This document shows positions 63,371-64,000 of a DNA stretch of 64,000 nt, piece after piece (within the stretch, counting starts at the first letter, position 1; the number at the start of each line of letters is the position of its first letter). The translations under genes were made by a program, and so were the position numbers. Source of the stretch: Heterodontus francisci (taxonomy: Eukaryota); contig NC_090374.1 in assembly GCF_036365525.1 (NCBI RefSeq), forward strand, positions 152,832,989 to 152,896,988. The letters are read 5' to 3'. Below the pieces are notes generated by a model. It saw only the letters and a program-made list of their open reading frames with translations, did not search any database and had not been told where the DNA came from.

Positions 63371-63426
63371 TGATATAAAGGGAAGGCCACTCAATGACGC
63401 ACTGAGCAATGTGAAACACCCAGCTG
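63371..63426 (-). promoter_or_regulatory. Proximal promoter of SPINK gene B: E-box CAGCTG + N4 + TTTCACA (PTF1-like bipartite site), AP-1/CRE-like TGCGTCA, TATA variant TATATCA
   Basis: Minus strand reads CAGCTG ggtg TTTCACA ttgctcag TGCGTCA ttgagtggccttccctt TATATCA; aligns with 12835-12891. Confidence 0.7.
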
Positions 63427-63498
63427 GTTTCTGTTTATAGAAAAGGACAGAATGTATGCATGTCAGCAAAAAAGGTGTCAGTATTAAACAATGCACTA

Positions 63499-63681
63499 TT
63501 TTCTTTTTTCTTTTCTTTTGGGCCTCCTTATCTCGAGAGACAATGGATATGTGCCTGGAGGTAGTCAGTGGTTTGTGAAGCAGCGCCTGGAGTGGCTATG
63601 AAGGCCAATTCTAGAGTGACAGGCTCTTCCACAGGTGCTGCAAAGAAATTTGTTTGTCGGGGCTGTTGCACAGTTGGCTCT
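63499..63681 (-). mobile_element. RTE-clade LINE 3' end
   Basis: Minus frame KFLCSTCGRACHSRIGLHSHSRRCFTNH* (RTE C-terminal zinc-finger-like motif) with an A-rich tail. Confidence 0.75.
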
Positions 63682-64000
63682 ACTGATGCAGGTAAAAGAA
63701 CAAACTTACAAGGACACAATCACTCACGGCCATCCAGAGTTCCTCTCTTTTCACAGGAGTCAATAGCAACTTCTTTGTCTCACCCCATTTCTCCCTAAAG
63801 CTGGAAGATATAAATAATAGCAATAGGCAATGTCATAGTGTAAACAGTTTTGATGAAGCACTCACAACTTGTTTGACTTGTTTGTCTTCATAAATAAGTC
63901 ATGATTACCATAGGTAATCTTTGTTTCAAAAAACATCCTGTTCCCATTCTAACTCATGGATGGACATGCTACATTGCTACCCTCCATTTAACATAGATTG

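Noticed and set aside
62958-63419. 153-aa single-exon ORF (and similarly 12951-13172, 28223-28426)
   Set aside because: Read-through of real SPINK exons into UTR and intron; only the parts bounded by splice sites are coding

Overview
Repeat-dense vertebrate DNA, very probably from a shark or other cartilaginous fish (HE1/V-SINE, DeuSINE and shark-type CR1/L2 content). Most of the window is nested, degenerate transposable elements: CR1, L2, RTE, Gypsy LTR, Harbinger, hAT MITEs, SINEs and Penelope-like fragments. Two complete, intact 4-exon Kazal-type protease inhibitor (SPINK) genes can be reconstructed among them, arranged tail-to-tail. Gene A (+, CDS exons 12978-13032, 28165-28190, 28277-28398, 36895-36940) encodes 82 aa with reactive loop C-D-Q-N-Y (P1=Gln, SPINK4-like). 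Gene B (-, CDS exons 63299-63245, 57789-57764, 57531-57422, 54533-54488) encodes 78 aa with loop C-T-M-E-Y (P1=Met). Their proximal promoters align without gaps but differ reciprocally: B keeps a PTF1-type E-box+TC-box, while A has a broken E-box but a perfect AP-1 site and TATA. This suggests regulatory and target sub-functionalisation after an inverted duplication. A CpG-rich promoter-like patch at about 8.3 kb may head a third, unrecognised minus-strand gene (low confidence). All alignments were read by eye and no database searches were run.
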